Shown here in pieces: positions 24,601 to 36,912 of a stretch of DNA of 64,000 bases. The translations under genes and the position numbers were made by a program. Source of the DNA: Selaginella moellendorffii (lineage: Eukaryota > Plantae > Lycopodiophyta). The number at the start of each line of letters is the position of its first letter. The first letter of the stretch is position 1. Under the pieces are notes generated by a model that was given only the letters and a program-made list of their open reading frames with translations, ran no database searches and was not told the origin of the DNA. The stretch is taken from contig NW_003314294.1 in the NCBI RefSeq assembly GCF_000143415.4, positions 181,402-245,401 on the forward strand. Reading direction: 5' to 3'.

Positions 24601-25767
24601 TGTAAGCCACAAATTTTTCCTTTCCAATTTGCCAGCTTACCTCGTCTATCCGTCCAACACTGCCTTGGCTTTTGCTAAGTTCCCTTGCCAAGGTTCTCGC
24701 CTATGGTACCAGCTCCTACTTGGTTTCAGCTACTCACTGCACGAGCAACGGAGTGTTAGCCATCCTTCCACGGATTCCCAAATCACTCCCAATCCCCCTC
24801 CCCGAGTTAGACTGGACTTAAGGTTCGGCTACACTCCCCGCAAGCACAAGCAGCCAAGCACACCAAGCTTCCAGGTTCCTAACATCCCTTGGTACCACAA
24901 GACTTGATCATGGGACCCTCTAAATCCCAAGTCTTGAGTGCAACACTTGCTTCGGGACGCCAGGGCGAAACACCGTGGCCTAACGGCCCGGTATGGGTAC
25001 CTCTCGCCCCCCACTTCCATCCCGAAGGAAGGCCCAAGCCCCTAGGAAGGGCGAGGACCAATGAGCCGCATGGTCCTCAAGTGGGGCACCACTCCACATG
25101 AGCCGGGAGCACCGCAATCGGTTTCCCTTTCGGGAGTGGGAGCTGCTCTTGAGCACTTCCTTGGATGGCCCCTCCGGCACCAGCCAAGTCCATGCTCACT
25201 CCCACCCAAGGCCCCTTAGTCCCAGTCCCAACCTCAAGTCGGTTTGGAAGCCCAACTGGAGAGTCCCTTCAAAACTGGTTCCTGGACCTCACTATCCCTA
25301 CTATACTTTTGGAACCCCCTGCAGCCCCCCCTCCCTGGGGGACGCACGCTTTGGGCTTTCACCCCTTGACCCGTATTAGTATTTGGACTTAGTCTCTGGC
25401 TCGATCTCGGATCCGATTTCGGATCCGACTTCGGATTTGGTCTCGGACTCGATCGCGGACTCGATCTCGGACCCGATCTCGGGCCCGACCTCGGACTCGA
25501 CTTCGGACTCGGTCTCGGACCCGATTTCGGGTCTCGGACCCGATTTCGGATCTCGGACTCCGTCTCGAACTCGGTCTCGAACTCGGATTCGAACTCGGTC
25601 CCCGAGTCGGTCTTGGACTCGATTCCGGACTCTATCTCGAACTCGGTCCTAGAGTCGGTCTTGGACTCGATCTTTGACTTGGTCCCATCCGATGAACTCT
25701 TTGTCATTTTGGTCATGCTTTCGGGGTTCCCTTAGCCTACGACACCTCGGCGAGTTGGTTCCTTACA
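24601..25767 (-). repeat. 5' LTR of the young element
   Basis: TG...CA ends, adjacent to the PBS; carries one extra ~18-bp tandem unit relative to the other LTR. Confidence 0.96.
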
Positions 25768-26063
25768 GCAATCCTCCAAAAATTGTGCATATGCAATGGT
25801 TGAAACGCTTCATCCAAAGGGATCAGGAATAGCTAATACCACCTACAGATCCGCTAATGCCTCCTGACATTTCTCCAGATCCTTACCCATCTATAATAGA
25901 ACCTTGATAGTCTTCCATTATTCCGAGAGGAGGGGATGATGTGAGGTCCAAGTGTATGCCTATGATGCTGTATACTAATATTAGCATAGTGGGATTTTGG
26001 TAGCCATTAGATTGATTTCAATCTGGACCACTCGCTCTTATAAGGGTTTTTGGGTTAATTGAT

Positions 26064-27179
26064 TGTAAGCCACAAATTTTTCCTTTCCAATTTAGTAGAT
26101 TACCTCATCTATCCAACCAACACTGCCTTGGACTTAGCTAAATTCCCTCGCGAAGGTTCTTGCCTATTGTACCAGCTCCTACTTAGTCCTACTTAGTTTC
26201 AGCTACTCACTGCATGAACAACGGAATGTTAATCATCCATCCACGGATTCCCAGATCTCTCCCAATTCCCCTTCCCAGGTTAGACTGGACTTAAGGTTTA
26301 GGTACACTCCCCGCAAGCACAAGCAGCCAAACACACTAAGCTTCCAGGTTTCTAACATCCCTTGGTACAACAAAACTTAATCATGGGACCCTTTAAATCC
26401 CAAGCTTTGGGTGCAATAGTTGCTTCAGGACACAGGGGGAAACACTATGGCCTAACAATCTGGTATGGATACCTCTACTCCCCCAGTTCCATTATGAAGG
26501 GAAGGCCCAAACCCCTAAGAAAGGCGAGGACCAATGAGCCATATGGTACTCAAATGAGGCACCATTTCACATGAGCCGGAAGCACCGTAGTCAGTTTCCC
26601 TTCCGATAGTAGGAGCTACTCTTGAGCACTTCCTTGGGTGGTCCCTTTAGCACCACCCGAGTCCATGCTCACTCCCACCCAATGCCCTTCGGCCCCAATC
26701 TCAACCTCAAGTCAGTTTAGAAGCATCATTGGAGAGTTTCTTCAAAACTAGTTCCTAGACCTCACTATCCCTACTATACTTTTGGAACCCTTTACAACTC
26801 TCCCCCCCCCCCCCCTTGGGAGATACACACTTTAAGCTTTCACCCCATGATCTATATTAGTATTTGGATTTGATCTCGGACTCGACCGGACTCAATTTCA
26901 GACTTGGTCTCGGACTTAATCTCAAACTTGATTTCAGACCCAACCTCGAACTCTATCTCAGACTTGATCTCAGACTCGGTCTTGGATCCGATATCGGATA
27001 TTGGACTCGGTCTCAGACTTAATCTTGGACTCGGCCTCGAATTCGGTCTCGAACTCAGTCTTAGAGTCAGTCTTAGACTCAATCTCAAACTCAATCTCAT
27101 CTAATGAATTCTTTATCATTTTGGTCGTGCCTTCGGGGATTCTTTACCCTTTGACACCTCGAGGAGTTGGTTTCTTACA
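26064..27179 (-). mobile_element. Solo LTR of the same family as the young element, inserted in the old element's 3' LTR
   Basis: TGTAAGCC...CTTACA, colinear with the young LTRs but more diverged; own TSD TTGAT (26059-26063 / 27180-27184). Confidence 0.93.
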
Positions 27180-29099
27180 TTGATGTATACATTTTATGTA
27201 TTCCCTTTCCATGCACTCATACCATGGGGTTTAATTTGAGTTTTAAAAAAATTGGTTTATAATCTATATAAAAAACATTAATCAAGATATATATTTGTTT
27301 TATAATAAAAAATAAGTAAAATTATTAATAAAATTAACAATATAATTAAATAATATTTTATAATTTACTATCACTAAAAAGTACAAATGCTTAATAGGGA
27401 AAGAATAATCATTTAGTTATTAAAAATTATAAATGATTAATAAGCATAGATTTTAATCACTTTAAACAATTTAGATGTAATAAAATATATAATTTATTAT
27501 GTAAATTATCAAAATGTTTTGAAAATTATTTTTGAAAATGCTGTTATAAATGTACAGTTTAATTGAATGTAACATAATCTTTTTACATGATTTACAATAC
27601 ACTTGCAACATTTAAAGATGGATTTTCAAAATTATTAATTTCATATAAAAATTATATATTTTAAATATGTTTTGATGAATATACTTTTATAACAAGATTA
27701 TGTTAAATTTTCTATTATTTATTATTTTGATGGCCAGTTATATCAAAAATACATATATATAATTTTTATTTATCTCTAAACGTTTTAAAAGAATATATGT
27801 TTCTAAACGTTTTTATTATATTAATTTAACAACTTCACATTTTGGATCTAAACATAACCATCTGTATATAAGTCAATTTATTATCTTAATAAATTGTAAA
27901 TATATATTATTAGAACTATTTCTATTTATTCAAACTAAAATTTTATATGAATATAAATAGATCTCTTCAGTGATTCTAAAAACCTTCAAACTAGACAGCA
28001 CTAAACAAAGAAGCTCTTTTTGCAATTGTAATGACTTAGTGTTTATCATGTAATACTATTGAATATAAATTTTATGTTTTATCACCTTAAATCAATGAAT
28101 TATTTATATACAGTAAAAAAAAAGTAATATGGTCAATTAGAAATATCTTTTAAATTCCATAAAATTTTATTATAATTATAATTATGTTTAATATGAATCT
28201 AAATTTTCAAATAAGTTTTGGTGTTGCAACTTATAATCATTTTAAATGTCCATAAAAATTAAATATAAACTAGTTTTAAATAAATATCTAACTTATCTAT
28301 ATATTAAATTTAGCTCTTTTATACATAATTTATAATTACTATATTAAAAAAATTATACATATTATAATTAACATCTTTTTATTTATATGAAGGTTTAATT
28401 GATTTTAATATAATCAATACTATGCTTGTTTTGAGAATAATATTTAAAAATATAAACATAATTATGATAAGAATTCTAAAAGATTCTAAAGGTCTTTCAA
28501 GATTAGAGCCATGCCACGCTCTTGCCTTCTCCTAGGCAGCAAGAAAAGAAAATGAAATTTCACTATTGAGAGAGATCTTTGCTTCCTTGCAGCTCTTTCG
28601 TCCTTTCAAGCATCTTTCTTTTGCAGCAGGTTTCTTTTTTGTTTTCTTAAGCATCTTCGTGGAGCTGGTTTGCGTGACTAGAACAGCAGCAATGAGGGCC
28701 AAGTTCGAATCTAAGCACAACATATTGCTCACGCTAGCTACTCCCGCAAGAGTGCGTGAACTTTTCAGTGTTCCACTGGTGGTGGTGGCGGTGGCGAAGG
28801 CATTCGCAAGGATTGAAAGACAACGATGCTTTCTAGTTATCTATTATCATCTGAGCTTCTTAGCTCACTCACCCAATTCACTGTTTGATTGGGCCACAGC
28901 AGTCGCAATGTCGCGACATTTCCTTCTAGATCATTTACCCGCAAGCCCAAACAAGAAAGAAGCTAGACGACCAAGTAGTCTTGTCTAGTCGGGAGGTATA
29001 TCCCTCTAGAAGTTTTAGAGCTTTCTTACAAACTTAAATACAGTTTGTATTGGTGATAAGTATCGATCTAGCTTCCCTTCTTTTCCTTTATTTTTTGCT

Positions 29100-29860
29100 T
29101 TTGCAACGGTGGAATTCCAAAAGCGGTGGCCATCGAGAGAAAAATTGTGAATATAGCACCGACATTGTGAAGAAATAGCTTGGCATGACAGACCATCCCA
29201 GAAACAACGAAAGAAAAAATTGGATCGTGAGTGGAAAACATCTTTGTGCTCTTGAGTCCATGCTTGTTGAGATATGATGGGAGCTGCGAACCACGTAAGT
29301 GTGTCCCAAGCCATGTCATTAATTACAGCATTACGACCGAAAAAGGATGGTTAAAAATGGACGATCGAAGAAGAAGAGAATGCAAGGAACCCTAATCGAT
29401 GGAGATATAGAATTAGCAATTTGAAGAAGAGAAAAGCTGGCGACCAGAGAAGAGATCAAAGTCGCATGGAAGATCAAAGAAACTACGAGAAAGAGAGAAA
29501 AGGGAGAAGATACAGAGTTTTTAGTAGAACTCTTCCAGAATGTTGTGATGTTGTGTGGCTTTCGCAACGTTTTGAATGTAACGAAGTATGTACATTCATA
29601 CAAGATTGAGAATTCTGATTACCGTGACGAGCACCTTGTCGAGCTTCTCCCTGGCCGCGCATCTGGGCTACTGGGCTGATAGATCGTGCAGCGGCAAAGC
29701 CAGCAGCGACACCAAGGGAACGCCGTCGGTCCACCCAATCCTTCCAGTCCCCAGGTTCACGCTCAAAGCATCGCCGAGGAGACAACGCTCGTCTGCACTG
29801 GCTTCGCCAACTTTGCTGTTACAAGCAAGGCACAGCATCGAAACGGAGGGGATCACCTAG
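29100..29860 (-). pseudogene. Deleted copy of DiT1 that keeps intron sequence
   Basis: Fragments AWDTLTWFAA, CLACNSKVG and GWTD, plus intron sequence homologous to 33650-34000. Confidence 0.85.
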
Positions 29861-29874
29861 GACTTCGTAGATGG

Positions 29875-32307
29875 TCATTCCCAATTAGCAAGCTCTCCGG
29901 TTGTCCTGTGGACTTCGATTTGTCTTCTCAGTGCCAGCTCTCTCTTTATCTCATCAATGTCGGAGTTTCTTCCAGCGGCAGCGTAGATCTGGGACAGAGC
30001 CACGAACTGAGACGTCGACTCCGGATCCAGCTCCAGCAAGCACTCGGCGGCTCTGGTTCCAATCTCGGCATCAGTGTGGAGCTTGCAAGACGAGAGCAAG
30101 CTCTGCCAGGCGATCTCATCAGGATAAAACGGCATGGAGTCCAGCAACTCCTCGGCGTCCCGGAGCTTCCCAGCTCTGCCCAAGACGTCGACCATACAGC
30201 CAAAGTGCTCGGCGCTGGGCTGGCTTCCATAGTCCGACGTGATGGAGTGGAAGAACTCTCGGCCCTCTGCCACGAGACCGGCTTGGCTACACGAGATAAG
30301 CACTGGTATGAACGTCACTTCATTCGGCCTCACTCCCTCGGACTCCATCTCGGCGTAGAGCTCGAGTGCCACGCTGGCCAGGCCCTGCTGACTATGGGCC
30401 GCCAGCATGGACGTCCACGTTGCCACGTCACTGCCACGGCAGCGGCGGTACAGCCGCGTGGCCTTCTCCAAGCTCCCGCATTTGGCGTACATGGCAGCGA
30501 GCGCGTTCTGGAAGTGTGCGTCCTGCTCGAGCTTGGATCTCAAAGCTTGGCGATGGATCTTCTCGCCCATGGCAAGGTCGCCCAGATTGGCACACGCGAC
30601 GAGCAGCGTGGAGAGGGTGGCTATGTCGGGATGGATCCCCGATTGGAGCATTCGATCGTAGAGGTCCAGGGCGGCGCGATTGTTGCCGGACTGGACATTG
30701 GCGGCGATGATCGTAGTCCAGGCGACGAGATCCTTGGTCTTCATGGTCTCGAAGACCCTGGCGGCGAAGCCCAGATCGCCACACTTTGCGTACATGTCCA
30801 CGAGGGAATTGTATGCGAAGGGATCGCTGGAATCAAGCCCCGATTCGATCATCCGCTCGTGGATCCAGGCTCCGGAGGCGAGGTCGCCGATCGCCACGCA
30901 CGCCGCGAGCACCGTCGCGAATGTGATCTCGTTAGGCGCCACGCCCCGCGCGGTCATCTCGCGGAAGATCTCTAGCGCCTGGCGGGGATGCCCATTGTGG
31001 GCATACGCCGCGATCATCGTCGTGAAGGACACGACGGTCTTGGAGTTCTCTAGAATCGAATCAAAGACCTCTCGCGCCTCAGCGAGCAGCCCCGATCGCG
31101 CGTACATGTTGATGAGCGAGTTCTGGACGATTGGATCAGCGTCAATGCCACTGGCGGTGATCTGGGAGTGAATCTTCCGCCCCCGATCGAGGATGGCATC
31201 CCTGCCCAGATGGGCGATGGCACTCACCACGCTCGCGTACGTCTTCTCGTTGGGATTGATCCCCTCGGCGATCATCCCATCGAAGAGCTTTACAGCGAAG
31301 CTATAATGCCCGCTTTGGGCAACTGCTGCGATCATCGACGTCCAAGACACGACATTCCTGTGAGGCATGTCCGCAAAGACGCGCAAAGCCTCGTCTAGTT
31401 TTCCGCAGCGCACGTACATGGAGATGAGCGCATTCAGCACTAGAACTCTAGTTCCATGGATCTCACTCTGGATCTTGTCATGGATCTGGATCCCCCCTCG
31501 CAGATGCCCCGCTGCAGCGCACGCACCCAGCGCGATCGCGCACGATCGATCGCTGCATTGGTGCTGCTCCATCTGGAAGAAGAGCTCGATCGCGCGGCGG
31601 TGGTGCCCGGCCCCGGCGAGCGCGGACATGATCGCGTTCCATGGCGCGGTGCCGAGCTCGCGGTTGTCGTCAAATGCCGCCATGGCGAGGTCGATCCGGC
31701 CGCACTGCGCGTACATGGTGACCAGGGCGGATTGGATCGAGGAGTTGATCCCTCGCCCGGTGGCCACGCGGTAGTGGATGCTCCGGCCCTGGGCGAGATC
31801 TTTGATCCGGCCACACGCGACGATCGCCCACATGAAGCCACACGCGCTGGGCTGGGTGTTCTCCACGCTCATCCGGCGATAGAGCTCGAGAGTGTCGCGT
31901 GGGCGATCCGCGGCCAGGAACTCCTTCATGAGGACGTTCCAGCAGAATGGGCGGCGATCGGGCATGGCATCGAAGAGCGCGATGGCGGTGTCGAAGCAGC
32001 GGCAGCGAGCGTACATCTGGAAGACGAGCTCGCCCAGGAGGGCGTTGCGCGCGAGGCGGCGCGAGACGATGTGGGCGTGGACGCGGCGGCCGTGATCCAG
32101 GGCGCGCTGGTTGCCGCATTGGCGGAGGAGATTGGCGTAGAGGAGGAGCTGCGAGGTGGATCGGTGGCGGAGCTTGTCCAGGCGGAGGAGGGCATCGTCG
32201 AGGCGGGAGATGAGCAAGCCGGCGGGGGGGCCGCGGTTCTTGAGCCTCTGGGGCTTCCAATTCTCGCGGTAGTAGCGCCAGTCTTTCAAGTACATATGCT
32301 TCCCCAT
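29875..32307 (-). CDS. PLS-class PPR protein with E domain and no DYW domain
   Basis: 810 aa; repeated NALISMYxxCG / VVSWTSMI motifs; C-terminal HFGCMVDVLGRAG..MPFYPDEIAWQSLLSSC. Confidence 0.93.
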   Translation of the reverse strand: MGKHMYLKDWRYYRENWKPQRLKNRGPPAGLLISRLDDALLRLDKLRHRSTSQLLLYANLLRQCGNQRALDHGRRVHAHIVSRRLARNALLGELVFQMYARCRCFDTAIALFDAMPDRRPFCWNVLMKEFLAADRPRDTLELYRRMSVENTQPSACGFMWAIVACGRIKDLAQGRSIHYRVATGRGINSSIQSALVTMYAQCGRIDLAMAAFDDNRELGTAPWNAIMSALAGAGHHRRAIELFFQMEQHQCSDRSCAIALGACAAAGHLRGGIQIHDKIQSEIHGTRVLVLNALISMYVRCGKLDEALRVFADMPHRNVVSWTSMIAAVAQSGHYSFAVKLFDGMIAEGINPNEKTYASVVSAIAHLGRDAILDRGRKIHSQITASGIDADPIVQNSLINMYARSGLLAEAREVFDSILENSKTVVSFTTMIAAYAHNGHPRQALEIFREMTARGVAPNEITFATVLAACVAIGDLASGAWIHERMIESGLDSSDPFAYNSLVDMYAKCGDLGFAARVFETMKTKDLVAWTTIIAANVQSGNNRAALDLYDRMLQSGIHPDIATLSTLLVACANLGDLAMGEKIHRQALRSKLEQDAHFQNALAAMYAKCGSLEKATRLYRRCRGSDVATWTSMLAAHSQQGLASVALELYAEMESEGVRPNEVTFIPVLISCSQAGLVAEGREFFHSITSDYGSQPSAEHFGCMVDVLGRAGKLRDAEELLDSMPFYPDEIAWQSLLSSCKLHTDAEIGTRAAECLLELDPESTSQFVALSQIYAAAGRNSDIDEIKRELALRRQIEVHRTTGELANWE

Positions 32308-32339
32308 GATGGAAATGAAGAGCTATCCTACCTAGTTGA

Positions 32340-32770
32340 TTACCACTGTTAGACATTGCCTCTGTAAAGTTCTATGACACTTTGATTTACTTCATCATCT
32401 TTGCTATATATTTCTGCTTCATAGCATTTATAGTCCCTCTAAAATTTCTCTAAATAAAGGATTTAAATGAAAGGCTCAGAAAAAAAAAAAATGTTCTTTT
32501 CCAAATATAATATTGTGTGATCATTTCACCAAAAACTGGACTACCTTGATAAAGTCTTAAACATTGCCTCAATAAAGTTTTATGACGCTTGGATCTACTT
32601 AGTCATCTTTGATGTATGTTTGTGCTTGATTTTATACTCCTCTCAAGCAACACAGCATCTAAACCTCCAAAATTTCTCAAACTAAAGGGTTTAAATGAAA
32701 GGCTCAGAAAATAAAAAATAAAAAATGTATATGGTTTTTCTCTTCCATTGTGTGGTCATTCCACCAAAAT
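32340..32770. repeat. Diverged ~220-bp tandem duplication upstream of the PPR gene
   Basis: ACATTGCCTC..AAAGTT, AAAATTTCTC..TTTAAATGAAAGGCTCAGAAA and TTGTGTG.TCATT.CACCAAAA each occur twice in the same order. Confidence 0.7.
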
Positions 32771-33003
32771 CCTCTAATTCTTAATCAGATCACTTTACAT
32801 CAAGAATGCAAGCAGCGGGGCTTTTAGCTCAACTTTTATATGTTTCTGCTTTGGAATCTTATTTGATCTCTTTTTGTAAGTGTGTGTTCAAAGAAAAATG
32901 GAAGGCTGCTTAGAACCCAGCAGCAAGAGAGAGAGAGAGAGAGAGAAGAAAAAAATATTGGAATGGTTCGTCCCTTCCAATACTCCGCCGTGTATGTTGT
33001 GAT

Positions 33004-35122
33004 CTACCAGAGGCCAAGGAGCTTCCACCAAAATCCTCCAACTCCCAACCAGATCACCAAATTGACGACGCTCATCAAGAATCCATAGCCCCACCAGGTG
33101 GACAGCGGCACGTATCCAGCACCATAGAAAACCGGAGCCGATCCAATGCCGTAGTGCGTCAATCCTCCCATGAGATTGGAGAGGAAGGCGAGAACCAGCG
33201 CTCCAAACAGCGGTGGAGTTCCAAGCGCGGTGGACACCGAGAGAAAAGCCGTGAACATAGCACCGATGTGAGCAGCACCACTTGCGAAGAAATAGTGCGA
33301 GTAGAAGTAGAGCATGACGAGGATCCCGAAAGAGGCTTGCCATGACAAGCCCAGACCACCCACAACCTGATGAAACAACGAAAGGAACGTTGGATCTTAA
33401 GTGGAAAAATCGAAGGTTTGAGCTCTACCTTGACGACTGTCTGGCTAAACCACGCGATGAGTCCATACTTGTTGAGATATCCGGCCATGGCGATGAGAGC
33501 TGCGAACCATGTCAGTGTGTCCCAAGCAACGGCTTCGCCCAGGCACTCCTTCCATGTCACGACTCCGGTGGTGAGTAGAACCGAGAGGCCGAGGATGGCA
33601 GCGGTGACGGCGTCGACTTTGATAGCCGAGCCGAAGATCCACAGCCCGACCTGGAAACCAAGGAAAACAGATGGTTAGAAGTGGAAGAGATCGATCGAGG
33701 AAGAAAAGAATGCAAGGAACTCTGATCGAAGATAGAGCTAGCACGTCGAAAAGAGAAAAGTTAGCGACCAGAGAACCGATCGAGGAAGATCAAAGGAGGA
33801 GGAGAAAGATACGAAGGAAAAAAGAATGAGAGAGAAACGAGCAATGGTTAGAAATGGAAGAGATCGATCGGAGTAACTCTAGATAGAGCTGCAAAATGAA
33901 AAAGAGAAAAGTTGGCGACCAGAGAAGCAGAAGGAGATCGGAGGAGAAAGAACCGATGATCAAATGGACGAAAGATCGAGAGAGAAGAAAGACTTCTCCT
34001 TACCGTGACGATCAAAGTTCCAGTCATGATCCACTCGTTCTTGCTCATCGGTCCCATCTTGTCAAGCTTCTCCCTGGCCAGCCTCGGCGCATCCGGGCTA
34101 CTCTTGACAGTCGGCGGATAGATAACGTAGAGCAGCAGCGGCACAACCAGCAGCGACACCAGCCCGGGAACCACCGCCGCCACCGCCCAGTCCGTCCACC
34201 CAATCGCCAACCCCGTGCTGCCAGTCGCCAAGTTCACGCTCAGAGGATTCGCCGCCATAGCCGTGAGGAACATCGCCGAGGAGACGACGCTGGTCTGGAA
34301 GCACGTAAGCATGAGCCACGCTCCAAGCCGGCGCTCGGTGCCATCGCCAACTTTGCTGTTGCAAGCCAGGCACAGCGCCTTGACGAGCGGCAGGAAGATC
34401 CCCCCAGCCCTGGCGGACACGGATGGAATCGCCGGCGCGAGGAGAGCTTCGCTGAAAACCAGACTGTATCCCAGCCCGAGAGAGGTCTTGCCGAAGAGCG
34501 CCACGAACTGGTAGGCGACGCGGTTGCCCAGCCCGGTCTTGATGAATCCCTTGGCGAAGAAGAAGGCGAGCGCGATGAGCCAGGGGATGGGATCGCCAAA
34601 CGCGCTAAAGGCTGCCGCGAAGGAGAGAGTTCTCGTGAGCACCGCGGCGCCCAGGCCCATGAGCGCCACCGCGCCGAGCGGGAGAGGCTGCGTGATGATC
34701 CCGACGATGGTGGCCAGGAAGATGCTGAGGAGATGCCATGCGCTGCTCGTCACGCCCTGCGGGGGTGGGATGAGCCACACCAGCAGCCCAGTCGCCACCG
34801 AGAAGGCCAAGCTCTTGAGATCGGCGCCCTCCCACTTGGGCTTGGGAACCTCGGCCGGGAGTGGCGGCGGCGCCGCCGCTGTGGAGGCCCGGATTTGCCC
34901 GCCCCGGCGCTGGCGAGGAAGTGGGCGATGGAGATCGGCCACCAGCACGGAGCCCAACTGGGAGATTCGCGACGAGATCGCGGCTGCTGCTAGTGGAGAT
35001 GGAGAGAATCGAGTTACCAGGAGCGATGGCGGTGGGAGGATCTTGGCCTTGGGCTTGGCCGAGGAGGGTCGTGGAGCTCCTCCCACGGCGGAGGAGTGTA
35101 GCAGCGCCGCCGCTGCCGCCAT
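33004..35122 (-). CDS. DiT1: Plastid 2-oxoglutarate/malate translocator (DASS family), 3 exons
   Basis: Transit peptide; FGDPIPWLIALAFFFAKGFIKTGLGNR, SSAMFLTAMAANPL, AWDTLTWFAALIAMA, YFYSHYFFASGAAHIGAM, THYGIGSAP. Confidence 0.95.
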
Positions 35123-35470
35123 CGCCACTCTCGTTTCCTCGCCTCCACACACACACTGTGCCACACTGGGTAACCTGGATTAAAGCTACTACCATCTCGT
35201 TACCACAAATTAAAAAGATTCTTCCTGGATTACTTTGGATCGTCCATTCTTCCAACTGGGCAAGAAAATTTAACGAAAGAACCAGTTGGAATAAACACCA
35301 GGTGGAACCGATAAAAGGAAGAAACTCTCAAGTGGAAGAGATGATCTATTACAATTTTTACAAGGGTTTTAAGCTCTTTCATCGCCACCTTTTCTTCTAC
35401 TGGAAATCCACGCTCAGTTGGTAAAAACGAAAGAAAAAACTTTACTTGCCACGAACTTTGCTTTGCTTTG

Positions 35471-36680
35471 CTATGATCTCTGGGCCGCCAGCGACGAAGC
35501 CTTGATTCTTCCGCGCAGTAAGCTTTGAGCCTCCGCGGCCTGGATCTTCCGCCGCTTGGCCAGGAGCTGGAGCTTCTGATCGCTGCCTGCCGGTGGCAAT
35601 CCATAGGCGCCGCTCTCCGCGAAGATCGAGGTGGCGCGGATCGCCGCTCTCTTGTCTCTCCTGTTCTTGTCGAATTTCTGCGCGAAACGAACGCTCCCCG
35701 CTGCTTGTGTGTCGTCCTCGGACGCTGGGAGCAGCCTGATTCCAATGCCCAGCTTCTTCGAGTGCGCCTCTTCCAAGGCCACCCTCTTCTTTTGATCCTG
35801 GATTGCCACCATCGACGTTAGCACGAGTGGAAGACGAAGAAACGAATGAGAGTCGAGTCGTGTACCCTTAGCTGCGCTCGAAGAGCTCTGTTGACGGAGT
35901 AGTCGTTTCCGTGCTTGATATCCGACTGCTTCTGCAAGAGCATCAGTTGCTTCGCCGATTCCTTTCCCTTGAGAATGTCCTCTTCGTCGTGCTCCAGTTT
36001 GGCAAAAGGATCCGTCAACTTCTCCCTGTCTGCCAAAGGAAAAAAAATAGAGCTGTGAGCAAAACACCATGTTTTTTGCGAGGGATCTTACCTTCTCCGG
36101 TTGCTACAACGAGCGAGCCAGCATCAGCCGCATCGTAAGTCTCGGTTTTTCTCTCGGCTCCCTTGACGATCACGTACTCGCAGTTCTTGGGATCGGTGTG
36201 GATCTCTATCTCGTGCTTGCAACACGCTGCTTTCATCGAGAAACTCCATATCTAGACCACGAAAGAAATTCTTAAGGACTTCCTGGCAAACTTTCTTTTC
36301 CATACCTTGGTCGTGTAGTACTTTCCAATTTGCTTCTTCTCCGCGTTAAACCGGACACCTTTGGCGATCATCGAGTGACATCCACCACACCACACGTTGA
36401 AAGGCATCTCGAATCGGATGACCAGAATTCCCTGGTCGATCTTCCTCGCCCTCTCTCTGAGGGGATGCTGGCCTTGGAATTTGTTGAGAGATCCCTGCTC
36501 CAAGAGATTAGAAAATCCGAAATCGAACAAGCTCATCCAGTACCTGTTTGGGCGTCCATTCTGGAGGGAAGTAGAAATTATCAGCTCGGGCTGCCGCAAG
36601 CGTCGACTGGAACAAGAAAACCGCAAACGCATCGATCGTGAGCTGTGAAATCCGGCGCCTAGGCTAGCAGCGCGTACCAT
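35471..36680 (-). CDS. CCDC130/YJU2B (CWC16 family) splicing factor; ATG directly followed by an intron
   Basis: M|[59 protein letters not shown]. Confidence 0.92.
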
Positions 36681-36912
36681 TCTGTGACGATCCCTCGCCG
36701 CCGCGCGCTGGAATCGATGATCCGGAGAGCGATCAAGAGCGCCCTCCCAAAACGCTCCACAAACCCTAAATTTCTAGCGTACCCCTTTTAGAATGCTAAC
36801 GGGGTTTTATTCAAGTAAAAAATTATAAGCTCTTTAAGGCCGTGTTCCACCGGAGAAGAAGCTCTTGCTAGCGCTAGAGAACGAACAAAAAATATAAGAA
36901 CGAGAGCTGGGA

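Larger units (their letters stand above)
18218..25767 (-). mobile_element. Young full-length chromoviral Ty3/gypsy LTR retrotransposon
   Basis: TG...CA LTRs 18218-19365 and 24601-25767 nearly identical; 5-bp TSD GCAAT (18213-18217 / 25768-25772); Met-type PBS TGGTATCGGAGCC (24585-24597); purine-rich PPT next to the left LTR; gag-PR-RT-RH-IN-chromodomain order. Confidence 0.97.
15437..27225 (+). mobile_element. Old degenerate Ty3/gypsy LTR retrotransposon (outer element of the nest); ends approximate
   Basis: 5' LTR ~15437-15864 matches the 3' LTR starting TGTGAGG at 25940 after polypurine tract GAGAGGAGGGG; stop-ridden RT-end, RNaseH and integrase (DYLTRW, SDNGPAF, AYHPQSNGLVERF, WKGPY) at 16150-18217, resuming at 25773 (PPKIVH..LKRF). 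Confidence 0.85.

Noticed and set aside
28532-28988. 140-aa ORF, plus other unassigned ORF-like patches (44286-44648, 52377-52691, 56700-57450, 61681-62050)
   Set aside because: No recognisable homology or gene structure; possibly pseudogene debris.
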